A stretch of DNA of 64,000 bases from an uncultured Bacilli bacterium (GTDB lineage: Bacteria; Bacillota_I; Bacilli_A; RF39; UBA660): contig CAJTLN010000002.1 of NCBI GenBank assembly GCA_910577505.1, forward strand, positions 183,707-247,706. The letters are read 5' to 3'. The stretch's first letter is position 1, and every line of letters starts with the position of its first letter. Position numbers and translations under genes: made by a program. Under the pieces are notes generated by a model that was not told where the DNA came from, did no database searches, and saw nothing but the letters and a program-made list of their open reading frames with translations. Positions 19,056-28,298 of the stretch are shown here, in pieces.

Positions 19056-21582
19056 ATATAATCATATGAGAATAGAAGAAAATAAATATAATGATTGGAA
19101 AAATAAGGGTTATTTTGATAGCGGAGATAAAAGCAAAGATCCGTTTTGCATAGTTATACCTCCTCCAAATGTTACTGGTAAATTGCATTTAGGGCATGCA
19201 ATGGATGTATCTATTCAAGATATTATTATTCGTTATAAGAGAATGCAAGGATTCGATTGCTTGTGGTTACCTGGCATGGATCATGCAGCAATAGCTACTG
19301 AAGCTAAAGTAGTTAAAAAGTTAAAAGATTTAGGTATTGATAAATATGAATATGGAAGAGAAAAGTTCTTAGAAGCTTGTTGGGATTGGACTCATGAATA
19401 TGGTGGAAATATTAGAGATCAATGGGCAAAGGTAGGTATTTCAGTTGATTATAATAAAGAGAGATTTACTTTAGATGAGGGCTTAAATAAAGCAGTTACT
19501 AAGGTATTTGTTGATTATTATAATGAAGGAATTATTTATAGAGGAGAGAAAATAATAAATTGGGATCCTCAAGCACAAACAGCTTTGTCAAATGAAGAAG
19601 TTATTTATAAAGATGTTGAAGGGGCTTTCTATCATTTGAAATATAAAATAGAAGGTACAGATGAATATTTAGATGTTGCAACAACTAGACCTGAAACATT
19701 ATTTGGGGATACTGCTGTAGCTGTTAATCCTGAAGATGATCGATATAAAGATTTAATTGGTAAGAATGTAATATTACCTATTGTTAATAAAGCAATTCCT
19801 ATTATAGGTGATGAACATGCTGATCCAGAGTTTGGAACTGGTGTTGTTAAGATTACTCCTGCACATGATCCTAACGATTTTGAAGTAGGTAATAGACATA
19901 ATTTAGAGAGAATTATTGTTATGAATCCTGATGCTACAATGAACTCTAATGCTGGTAAGTATCAGGGTATGAGTAGAGAAATGTGTAGAGAAGAACTACT
20001 TAAAGATTTAGAGAGTGAAGACTTACTTATTAGAATAGAACCAATGACTCATTCAGTTGGACATAGTGAAAGAACTGGGGTTATGGTTGAGCCATACTTG
20101 TCTAAGCAATGGTTTGTTAAGATGGGGAACTTATCTAAGCATGTTTTAGAAACTCAAACAAAAAAAGATGAAAAAGTTAACTTTGTACCAGAAAGATTTG
20201 AGAAGATATTAAATCACTGGATGGAAATATCATATGATTGGTGTATTTCAAGACAATTATGGTGGGGACATAGAATTCCTGCTTGGTATAAAGATGATGA
20301 AATATATGTAGGTATGGAAGCTCCTAAGGGAGAAGGATGGCGCCAAGATGAAGACGTACTTGATACTTGGTTCTCATCAGCATTATGGCCTTTTAGTACT
20401 TTAGGATGGCCAGAAAATACAGAAGATATGAGAAGATATTATCCTAATGATGTGTTAGTTACAGCTTATGATATTATATTCTTTTGGGTAGCTAGAATGG
20501 TATTCCAAGCAGAGCATATTACTGGTTCTAGACCATTTAAAGATTGTATAATTCATGGACTTATACGTGATAAAGAAGGACGTAAGATGTCTAAGAGTTT
20601 AGGTAATGGTGTAGATCCAATGGATTTAATAGATGAATATGGAGCAGATTCGTTAAGGTTTTATCTAGCAACTGATGTTGCATTAGGTACTGATTTAAGA
20701 TTTGATAAAGAAAAGGTTGCTAGTACATGGAATTTTATAAATAAGTTATGGAACGCTTCGAGATTCGTATTACTTAATATAGAAGGATTAGAAAGTATTG
20801 ACTTATCTAACTTAAGAATGGAAGATAAATGGATTTTAACTAAATACGAGAATGTAGTTAAGAGTATTACTAAGCATATGGATAAATATGAACTTAATTT
20901 AGTTGGTACTGAATTATATGACTTTATTTGGGATGACTTCTGTAGTAGTTATATTGAATTTGCTAAATTTAATTTAGATAGTATTGGTACTAGGAGTGTT
21001 TTAACATATGTATTAACCGGTATTATAAAGATGTTACATCCATTTATGCCATTTGTTACTGAAGAAATTTATCAAATGTTGCCAATCAAAGATGCTGATT
21101 CAATTATGGTAAGTGAATATCCTAAATATAGAAAAGAATATGTGTTTAATGAAGATAAAAAAGAGGTAGATACAATAATTGAATACATTGCAATGTTTAG
21201 AAATAAAAAAGCAGAAAGTGGCATTGGCAGTGATTTTGAAGTTATTACTGATATAGATAATGAACTTATCTTAAAGATGCTTAAGTTAACTGATAAAATA
21301 GTTAATGAAAGTTCAATGAGTGGAAACTTAGAAGTGACTTTAGATAAATATAGATTATTTATTTGCTATGATGATTCTAAACAAAAGGGTGAAGAGTTAG
21401 AAAATTTAACTAAAGAAAAAGATTCTTTAGAGGCATCTATTGCAAGACGTAGTAAGTTACTTGCAAATGAAAATTATGTTGCAAAAGCTCCAGAAAAAAT
21501 AGTTAATCAAGAAAGAGAAAGTTTAGCACAAGAAGAAGCTAAGTTACAAGTAGTACTTGATAGATTAAACAAATTAAAATAA
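19036..21582 (+). CDS. valS: valine--tRNA ligase
   Basis: Class I HIGH (PPNVTGKLHLGHA) and KMSKS (GRKMSKSLGN) motifs. C-terminal coiled coil. Start set at the ATG with AAAGGA RBS (an in-frame ATG at 19018 is also possible). Confidence 0.9.
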   Translation: MKEIETKYNHMRIEENKYNDWKNKGYFDSGDKSKDPFCIVIPPPNVTGKLHLGHAMDVSIQDIIIRYKRMQGFDCLWLPGMDHAAIATEAKVVKKLKDLGIDKYEYGREKFLEACWDWTHEYGGNIRDQWAKVGISVDYNKERFTLDEGLNKAVTKVFVDYYNEGIIYRGEKIINWDPQAQTALSNEEVIYKDVEGAFYHLKYKIEGTDEYLDVATTRPETLFGDTAVAVNPEDDRYKDLIGKNVILPIVNKAIPIIGDEHADPEFGTGVVKITPAHDPNDFEVGNRHNLERIIVMNPDATMNSNAGKYQGMSREMCREELLKDLESEDLLIRIEPMTHSVGHSERTGVMVEPYLSKQWFVKMGNLSKHVLETQTKKDEKVNFVPERFEKILNHWMEISYDWCISRQLWWGHRIPAWYKDDEIYVGMEAPKGEGWRQDEDVLDTWFSSALWPFSTLGWPENTEDMRRYYPNDVLVTAYDIIFFWVARMVFQAEHITGSRPFKDCIIHGLIRDKEGRKMSKSLGNGVDPMDLIDEYGADSLRFYLATDVALGTDLRFDKEKVASTWNFINKLWNASRFVLLNIEGLESIDLSNLRMEDKWILTKYENVVKSITKHMDKYELNLVGTELYDFIWDDFCSSYIEFAKFNLDSIGTRSVLTYVLTGIIKMLHPFMPFVTEEIYQMLPIKDADSIMVSEYPKYRKEYVFNEDKKEVDTIIEYIAMFRNKKAESGIGSDFEVITDIDNELILKMLKLTDKIVNESSMSGNLEVTLDKYRLFICYDDSKQKGEELENLTKEKDSLEASIARRSKLLANENYVAKAPEKIVNQERESLAQEEAKLQVVLDRLNKLK

Positions 21583-21678
21583 TATTACTTTACGTAAATA
21601 AATAATAATATAAAGAAAATATATTTATTTACTAAAATATAATGTTATAATGGTTATGGTAAATTAATGAAGTACCCT

Positions 21679-21715
21679 GAAGTTGATTTTATATAGTTGA
21701 TCAACTTCTTTTTTT
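21679..21715 (+). terminator. rho-independent terminator after valS
   Basis: gaagttgat/atcaacttc stem followed by T7. Confidence 0.6.
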
Positions 21716-21795
21716 GTGGTTTTAATTATTTTTAATTTTTTGATAAGAAAATAATAAATATTTTAGAATATAATTTTATTTAGAGGAGGAATAAA

Positions 21796-22437
21796 TTGGA
21801 AGCAATTAATCAAGAATTAGAGAAGCTTGATAATATTATGATTAAATATATATCAGCTTTAAAGATATTAGAAACACAACTTCAAATAATTAACGACGAT
21901 TTTAAATATATAAAGAAATATAATCCTATTGAACATATAAAAACCAGAATAAAATCTGCTGAGAGCATTATTCATAAGTTAGAAAAGAATAATCTTGATT
22001 TTACTTTAGAAAATGTTGAGGAATATATTAATGATATTGTGGGTATTAGAATAATATGTTCTTTTCCTTCTGATGTTTTTGAACTTATAAATATAATAAA
22101 AAATAGTAATATTATTAAAGTAATAAAAGAAAAAGATTATATATCAAATCCGAAAAAAAGTGGTTATAGAAGCTATCATATGATTGTACTTGTTCCTGTT
22201 GAACTTATTAATGAGAAGGTTATGGTTAAAGCTGAAATACAGATAAGAACTATGGCGATGGATTTATGGGCTTCTTTAGATCATAAACTTAATTACAAAA
22301 GTGAATATGGTAAAGGTGTTGTCTCTAAAAGATTGAGAATTATTAGTGATGAATTAAATAAAATTGATGAGGAAATGACAGAATTATTGTGTATGGAAAA
22401 TAATTTGAGAATAGCAAATGAAGGAGATGTAGTTTAA
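21796..22437 (+). CDS. small alarmone synthetase (RelQ/RelP-type GTP pyrophosphokinase, single RelA/SpoT synthetase domain)
   Basis: DIVGIRIICSF, SGYRSYHMIV and EIQIRTMAMDLWASLDHKLNYK match the synthetase domain. TTG start with GAGGAGG RBS. Confidence 0.8.
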   Translation: MEAINQELEKLDNIMIKYISALKILETQLQIINDDFKYIKKYNPIEHIKTRIKSAESIIHKLEKNNLDFTLENVEEYINDIVGIRIICSFPSDVFELINIIKNSNIIKVIKEKDYISNPKKSGYRSYHMIVLVPVELINEKVMVKAEIQIRTMAMDLWASLDHKLNYKSEYGKGVVSKRLRIISDELNKIDEEMTELLCMENNLRIANEGDVV

Positions 22438-22533
22438 ACATAAAATGTATATGGATATTTTAAATTTCAAAAAATTGTTTTATGAATTATATGTAAATAA
22501 AAAAAGTAAATGATAATTAAGGAGTAGTAGTAA

Positions 22534-23064
22534 ATGAAAAATTTAATTAAACTTTTTTGGATTTTTATGATTGGTTCTGTAATGGGATGTTTTGTGGAGG
22601 AATTGTGGTGTTTAATAAAGAATAAATGTTTTCAAATTAGAAAAAGTCTTATATATGGACCAATGATACCGATATATGGCATAGCTGCAACTTTTATTGT
22701 TGTCATTGCTAATGGTGTTGATTATGATTTAGCGAAGGTATTTATAATTGGGATGATTGTTGCAACAATTATTGAATATATAAGTAGTTATATTCAGGAG
22801 AAAATATTTCATACTAAGTCATGGGATTATTCTAGTATTCCTTTTAATATAAATGGTAGAGTAAACTTATTGTATTCTTTAGCATTTGGATTATTTTCGG
22901 TATTTTTTGTAAAAAAATTAAGTTTTTTTGAGAAATTGTTATTTGCAAATTTTAATGATATTGTAATGAAGATTGTGACTTTAGTAGTTTTTGTTTTTTT
23001 TCTTTGGATGTTATTTTATCAATTTTGGCTGCTTATAGGCAGAAAGAGAGAAGAAAAGGTATAA
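22534..23064 (+). CDS. integral membrane protein (176 aa, about 4 TM)
   Basis: Hydrophobic profile. GGAG RBS. Confidence 0.45.
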   Translation: MKNLIKLFWIFMIGSVMGCFVEELWCLIKNKCFQIRKSLIYGPMIPIYGIAATFIVVIANGVDYDLAKVFIIGMIVATIIEYISSYIQEKIFHTKSWDYSSIPFNINGRVNLLYSLAFGLFSVFFVKKLSFFEKLLFANFNDIVMKIVTLVVFVFFLWMLFYQFWLLIGRKREEKV

Positions 23065-23217
23065 AAGCTAGGAATAAAATAGAAGAAACAATAGATTTAA
23101 AATATCCAGATGAAAGATTGGATAAAATTTATAATAATAGTGTTTACATAGGATAAGATATTTTCTGGTAAAAAAAGGCTAATATGCTATAATAATATTC
23201 ACTAAGGGGGAATTCTT

Positions 23218-24129
23218 GTGGAGAAAAAGGATATAATTGAGCATTTTGCCTATAATAGACCTGAATCCATTGGAATATATGGCTATGGTTCAGGAGTATT
23301 TAAACAAGAAACTCGTACTGAGAGAAAAGACATTCCACAAACAGATATTATCTTTATTGTTGATGATTTAAGTAAATGGCATCAAGAAAATATGAAAATT
23401 AATCAACAAGATTATTCTTTAATGGGGAAAATACATTTTAATATGAAATCTGTTGCAAGGATAAAAGGAAAAAATAATATAACTTATTTAAGTAATATAT
23501 ATGAAAGAGGATTTTATTTTAAGTATGGTGTTGTAGAGCTTACTGACTTTTTAAGAGGATTAGGTGAGTGGGATAACATTTTTGTGGCTGGGAGATTTCA
23601 TAAACCTGTTTTAGAAATTAAAAGTAATGAAGATATTAGAAAAAGTATAGATTACAATAGAAATTGTGCATTGATGGTAGCTTGTTTGTTTTGTGATGCT
23701 CTTACAAATGTTACAGAAATATATAGAAGAATTGTTAGTTTATCTTATGTTGGGGATGCTAGAATGATGTTTGCAGAAAATCCTAATAAGGTTAGTAATA
23801 TTGTGAATGGTAGTTTTGATAAGTTTATTTCAACTTATCCGTTGAATGAAGATTATATATCAATTATGGAGAATGGCATGGTTTATATTAATCATGATAG
23901 AATTCTTGAAAGAAGAAATGAATTGCCCGTTAGCTTGTTGAAATTTTTAAATGATATGGGAACAGATTATAGTTGTTTAGATATAGTAAGAATTAATATA
24001 GGAACTTTTTTAATATTTAAGAATAGCCAAGAAAGTAAAAATCAAATTGTTGAAGGAATTAAAACTAATGGAATTGTTAGAAGTGTTCCATATGCCTTGT
24101 CCAAAGTGAAAAAGAGAGTTTTAAATTAA
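23218..24129 (+). CDS. hypothetical protein (303 aa), possibly a Mmp37/Tam41-like nucleotidyltransferase fold
   Basis: GTG start with AAGGGGG RBS. YGYGSGVFKQ resembles the Tam41 N-terminal motif. A weak assignment. Confidence 0.4.
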   Translation: MEKKDIIEHFAYNRPESIGIYGYGSGVFKQETRTERKDIPQTDIIFIVDDLSKWHQENMKINQQDYSLMGKIHFNMKSVARIKGKNNITYLSNIYERGFYFKYGVVELTDFLRGLGEWDNIFVAGRFHKPVLEIKSNEDIRKSIDYNRNCALMVACLFCDALTNVTEIYRRIVSLSYVGDARMMFAENPNKVSNIVNGSFDKFISTYPLNEDYISIMENGMVYINHDRILERRNELPVSLLKFLNDMGTDYSCLDIVRINIGTFLIFKNSQESKNQIVEGIKTNGIVRSVPYALSKVKKRVLN

Positions 24130-24130
24130 T

Positions 24131-24838
24131 ATGACTATTAATTTGATAAGATGTTTTTTTCATAGTATTGTTCCTATACGTAAAAAAAATGCTTTATTAA
24201 GTTTAGAAGATAGACAATTTATACGTCTTAAATTAATGCTTGATAGCGGGTATATTTATCCTGGTAATATGTTAAAAGATGTTTTTCCAAGCGAATATGA
24301 TTTCCTTTATAAATCTGATAGTGATAGTGTTTTTTTAGCACAACATTCAATGACAGAATTACCATCTTATGGTGGATCATTTTTCAACGGAGAGTTTTCT
24401 GCTTATTTAGAACATATTATTGGTAATCCTTCGTGGGTATTTGATGAAAATATTGTAAATGGGAAAATGATATGTGATAGAGCACATAGTTTAAGTGAAG
24501 AAGTATGTGTGCAAGAACCTATTTGTTTATGTGAAGCAATAGCGATAATGTTGCCTTATAGAACACCAGCAACAGATATTTTTTCATTTTTACAATATAA
24601 AGAGTTTCAAATATTTCATGATGACGATTATGATGATGAGATGAAAGACTTACTTAATGATGTTGATGAAAGGTTGGTACTTGTCTATGATAAAATTAAA
24701 AGATGGAAAGATGTATTAGCTGATAGAGGCTATTATATACCTTGCATTAATCATTTTGGAAGGGAACTTGATATTGATAAGGAAAAAGAGTATATATTAG
24801 AAAATGAAGAAAATGTAAGAAAATTATTAAAAAAATGA
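24131..24838 (+). CDS. hypothetical protein (235 aa)
   Basis: ORF immediately after the previous gene (1-nt spacer). No recognisable domain. Confidence 0.4.
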   Translation: MTINLIRCFFHSIVPIRKKNALLSLEDRQFIRLKLMLDSGYIYPGNMLKDVFPSEYDFLYKSDSDSVFLAQHSMTELPSYGGSFFNGEFSAYLEHIIGNPSWVFDENIVNGKMICDRAHSLSEEVCVQEPICLCEAIAIMLPYRTPATDIFSFLQYKEFQIFHDDDYDDEMKDLLNDVDERLVLVYDKIKRWKDVLADRGYYIPCINHFGRELDIDKEKEYILENEENVRKLLKK

Positions 24839-24862
24839 CAATTATTTAATTGTTATTTTTTC

Positions 24863-24891
24863 TTGTTTATGAAACGAATGTTTGCTATAAT
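24863..24891 (+). promoter_or_regulatory. sigma-A promoter with extended -10 (TTGTTT, 17 nt, TGcTATAAT) upstream of xseA
   Basis: Hexamers at 24863-24868 and 24886-24891 with TG at 24883-24884. Confidence 0.45.
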
Positions 24892-24915
24892 AGATTAAGT
24901 ATGAATGGTGATGTT

Positions 24916-26244
24916 ATGGATATAAAATATTATAGTATTACAGCTTTAAATAGAGCTATAAAAAATATGTTTGATAGTAAGCCAGAACTTAATAGAGTAT
25001 ATATTAAAGGTGAAATAAGTAATTTTAAACATCATAGCCGAGGACATCTTTATTTTACTTTAAAAGATGAAAATAGTAGAATTGCAGCAGTTATGTTTGC
25101 AACTAATGCTAAGAATATTAATTTTGAACCAGAAGACGGAATGAAAGTATTAGTTAGTGGTAGAGTAACTGTTTATGAAGCTACTGGTGGGTATCAAATA
25201 TATGTTGAACAAATGGATTTAGATGGAATTGGAAATTTGTATTTAGAATATGAAAAGTTAAAGAAAATGTTAGAAGAACAAGGACTTTTTAATAAGGAAC
25301 ATAAAAGGCAAATTCCAAGATTCCCTAAAAAAATCGGAATTATAACTGCACCAACAGGAGCTGCTATAAGAGATATTTTAAGTACTATAAAACGTAGATA
25401 TCCTATTTGTGAAACTATTTTGTTTCCGGCTTTAGTACAAGGAGTAGGTGCAAAAGAAAGTATAGTTACTCAGTTGAATAGGGCGCAAGACTTTGACTTA
25501 GATGTTATTATATGTGGTCGTGGTGGCGGATCTATTGAAGATTTATGGGCGTTTAATGAAGAGATTGTTGCCAGAGCAATATATAATTCTAAAATTCCAG
25601 TAATATCAGCGGTAGGGCATGAAATAGACTTTACGATAGCTGATTTTGTTGCAGATTTACGTGCACCTACGCCGACTGGGGCGGCAGAAATGGCAGTGCC
25701 AAACTTATTTGATTTAAAAACTTTAATAAATCAATATACAATAAGAATTAATGAAAATATTAAAAGCATTATTAATTATAATACTAAGCGAGTAGATACA
25801 ATAAAGAATTCTTATGTATTAAAAAATCCACTTGCTTTATATGAAGTAAAAGAACAAAAGCTTGATACATATATTGATAGGTTAAATAGTTATATTAGTA
25901 AAATCATTGATGATTATAGAGTTAGATTAAATAATGTAAAAGGAAATTATGTATTAAAAAATCCTTTGTTAGCTTATGAAGTTAAAAGAGAAAAAATGAA
26001 TAATTTACAGGATATACTTAAAAAATTGATAAAATCTAATATAGATAATAATCAGTATCGTTATGATATAATGATTAATAAATTAGAGTTGCTCAATCCT
26101 TTAAATATATTAAGTAAAGGATATAGTTTAGTTACTCATGATGGAGAAGTTATAAAGACAACTAAAGATATAAATGTTGATGATATGATATGTGTAAGAA
26201 TGCATGAGGGGAACTTAAAAGCCGTAGTAAAGGAGATAGAATAA
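24916..26244 (+). CDS. xseA: exodeoxyribonuclease VII large subunit
   Basis: N-terminal OB fold (VYIKGEISNFKHHSRGHLYFTLKD). Catalytic core (GRGGGSIEDLWAFNEE). Repeated C-terminal helices. Start chosen at the ATG with GGTGA RBS, downstream of the promoter. Confidence 0.85.
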   Translation: MDIKYYSITALNRAIKNMFDSKPELNRVYIKGEISNFKHHSRGHLYFTLKDENSRIAAVMFATNAKNINFEPEDGMKVLVSGRVTVYEATGGYQIYVEQMDLDGIGNLYLEYEKLKKMLEEQGLFNKEHKRQIPRFPKKIGIITAPTGAAIRDILSTIKRRYPICETILFPALVQGVGAKESIVTQLNRAQDFDLDVIICGRGGGSIEDLWAFNEEIVARAIYNSKIPVISAVGHEIDFTIADFVADLRAPTPTGAAEMAVPNLFDLKTLINQYTIRINENIKSIINYNTKRVDTIKNSYVLKNPLALYEVKEQKLDTYIDRLNSYISKIIDDYRVRLNNVKGNYVLKNPLLAYEVKREKMNNLQDILKKLIKSNIDNNQYRYDIMINKLELLNPLNILSKGYSLVTHDGEVIKTTKDINVDDMICVRMHEGNLKAVVKEIE

Positions 26245-26245
26245 A

Positions 26246-26476
26246 ATGGTAGAAAAAAGAAATGAAAAAACATTTGAAGAAAGTTTAATTGAATTAGAAA
26301 ATATTGTAAAAGAATTAGAAAGTGGAAATGTTGATTTAGACAAAGCTATTGAAAAATATAGTGATGCAATGAAACTTGCTAAGTCTTGCAGTGATAAGTT
26401 AAATAATGCAACTGAAAAAGTTAATCAAATATTGAAAGAAAATGGTGCTTTAGAAGACTTTGAAGTAGAAGAATAG
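26246..26476 (+). CDS. xseB: exodeoxyribonuclease VII small subunit
   Basis: 76-aa helical protein (FEESLIELENIVKELESGNVDLD) directly after xseA. Confidence 0.8.
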   Translation: MVEKRNEKTFEESLIELENIVKELESGNVDLDKAIEKYSDAMKLAKSCSDKLNNATEKVNQILKENGALEDFEVEE

Positions 26477-26488
26477 TCTTCTTTTTTT
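26452..26488 (+). terminator. rho-independent terminator overlapping the xseB stop
   Basis: agaagact/agtcttct stem followed by T7. Confidence 0.5.
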
Positions 26489-26534
26489 AATATATTAATG
26501 TTATAATGTGGTTAAATAGAATAAGAGGTATATT

Positions 26535-28244
26535 ATGAAGAAAAAAATAAAAAATGCCAAAATTGAAGATGTAGAAATAATAGATAAAGAAGAAAAGAAA
26601 ACTGAAAAGAAAAAAATAAAAAAAGAAGAAATTAGAAATTTAGAAAAAGTTGAAAAAACTAATAAGGTTTTGGATGAAATAAAAGCATTTTTGATTTTAG
26701 CTTTAATTATTGGAATAATAGTTTTTGGATGTTGGTATTGGTTTACACATATTTATAATAGTGAGAAAACTGCAAATAGCTATAAAGAAGAAAAGAAAGT
26801 TTCTGGTTATAAAACAATAAAATACACATCGTTGAAAGATCATAATATTGATATTGTAAATGAAAGTTTTATAATTGAATTTAAAGATAATGTTTTATAT
26901 AAAATTATGGATAAAAAAACTGATATTTTATATGAAGGTGAAATTGAATTTGATTATGTTAGAGAAGGTTCTGACGGAAATATATATGTAATAAAGTATG
27001 AAGAAGCAGAAAATGAAAATGTTATTCATATTTATAAATTAGAAGATAAAAAGTTAAAAGAAGATATTTCTTTATCAGAACAAAACGTTTATTTTTCTGA
27101 AATATTATATGAAGATAAAACAAGTAATTCTACTTTATTAGTAGGTTTTAAAGGATTTAAAGATGTATATGATGATGAATTTAAAGAAATAGCAGAAACA
27201 TATATTTATAAACTTGATAGTAATAAAATGATTAAACAAACTGGTTTTGTTTTAGTAGGAGATTATGAAGATTTAGGTGTAAATACTAGTGATATTATTA
27301 CATATGATTCTAGATATATTATTATTAGAGAGTTTGCTACTGGAGTTAGAACAAATAATTATGGTATTTATGATATCGAAACAAATACTGTTTTAGTTAA
27401 ACCACAGTATGAGGGATTATACACAAATGGTAATGATACTTATATTGCACTAAAAAATGGTAAGGCCGGAGTTATAACAAACAAACTTAAAAAGATAGTG
27501 AATTTTGAATATGACTTTATTGATAGAAATGAAGATTATTATGTAGTTTCTAAAAATGGTAAGATGGCTATTATGGATAGCGATTATAAATTAATAAGTA
27601 AATATGATTTTGATTATCAAAAATCTAGTGAAAATTTATCTTACAATTATAATGCTAGAAAAGAAATATATAATACATTTATTTCTAGAAAGATTAATGA
27701 TAAATATATTTTAACTATTAATAATATGGAATATCAAAATAATATTGAATATCCAAAACACGAAACTTATGTAATAAATAGTGATGGAACATATAAAGTT
27801 ATTCAAGCTGATGAGTTTTTTGTTGATTCTGAATCGAATATGATATATTCATTTGATAAAGAGAAAAGAATGTATACATTTTATGATCAACAATTAAATG
27901 AAATTGTTAGTGTGGATATAAGTAGTTATGATTATAATGGAAGAGCTATAGTAAGTTTGGTAAATGGAAATACTATAAGAGTATGGTTTGATAGTTTTGT
28001 GTATTTTGATTATGAAACTGGAGAAGAGATTGAAAGCTTGAAAGATTATTCAGCTTTAGTAAAAGGTGTTACAATTAATTATATAGATTCTAAAAAAGAA
28101 GTATCTTATAGTATTGATGATGATGTTGTTGCTAAATTGGATGTAAAAGATGTTAATGATGAAATGTATTTTAAGATAAATGGAGATAATATTTTATATT
28201 ATTTAACACAAAAAGAATATGTTTATATTGAAAAGGGTGAGTAA
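26535..28244 (+). CDS. membrane-anchored protein with WG/KWG-like beta repeats (569 aa)
   Basis: K-rich N-terminus, one TM, then repeated KNGK(A/M)G(V/I)... DY motifs. Confidence 0.5.
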   Translation: MKKKIKNAKIEDVEIIDKEEKKTEKKKIKKEEIRNLEKVEKTNKVLDEIKAFLILALIIGIIVFGCWYWFTHIYNSEKTANSYKEEKKVSGYKTIKYTSLKDHNIDIVNESFIIEFKDNVLYKIMDKKTDILYEGEIEFDYVREGSDGNIYVIKYEEAENENVIHIYKLEDKKLKEDISLSEQNVYFSEILYEDKTSNSTLLVGFKGFKDVYDDEFKEIAETYIYKLDSNKMIKQTGFVLVGDYEDLGVNTSDIITYDSRYIIIREFATGVRTNNYGIYDIETNTVLVKPQYEGLYTNGNDTYIALKNGKAGVITNKLKKIVNFEYDFIDRNEDYYVVSKNGKMAIMDSDYKLISKYDFDYQKSSENLSYNYNARKEIYNTFISRKINDKYILTINNMEYQNNIEYPKHETYVINSDGTYKVIQADEFFVDSESNMIYSFDKEKRMYTFYDQQLNEIVSVDISSYDYNGRAIVSLVNGNTIRVWFDSFVYFDYETGEEIESLKDYSALVKGVTINYIDSKKEVSYSIDDDVVAKLDVKDVNDEMYFKINGDNILYYLTQKEYVYIEKGE

Positions 28245-28298
28245 AATCACCTTTTTTAAATTTCTAATAAATGTTATAATTTTATGGAGTGATGTAGA

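Noticed and set aside
18522-19188. Three short minus-strand ORFs (18522-18716, 18665-18856, 19003-19188)
   Set aside because: All are antisense inside the HD and valS coding regions. AT-rich sequence gives long spurious frames.
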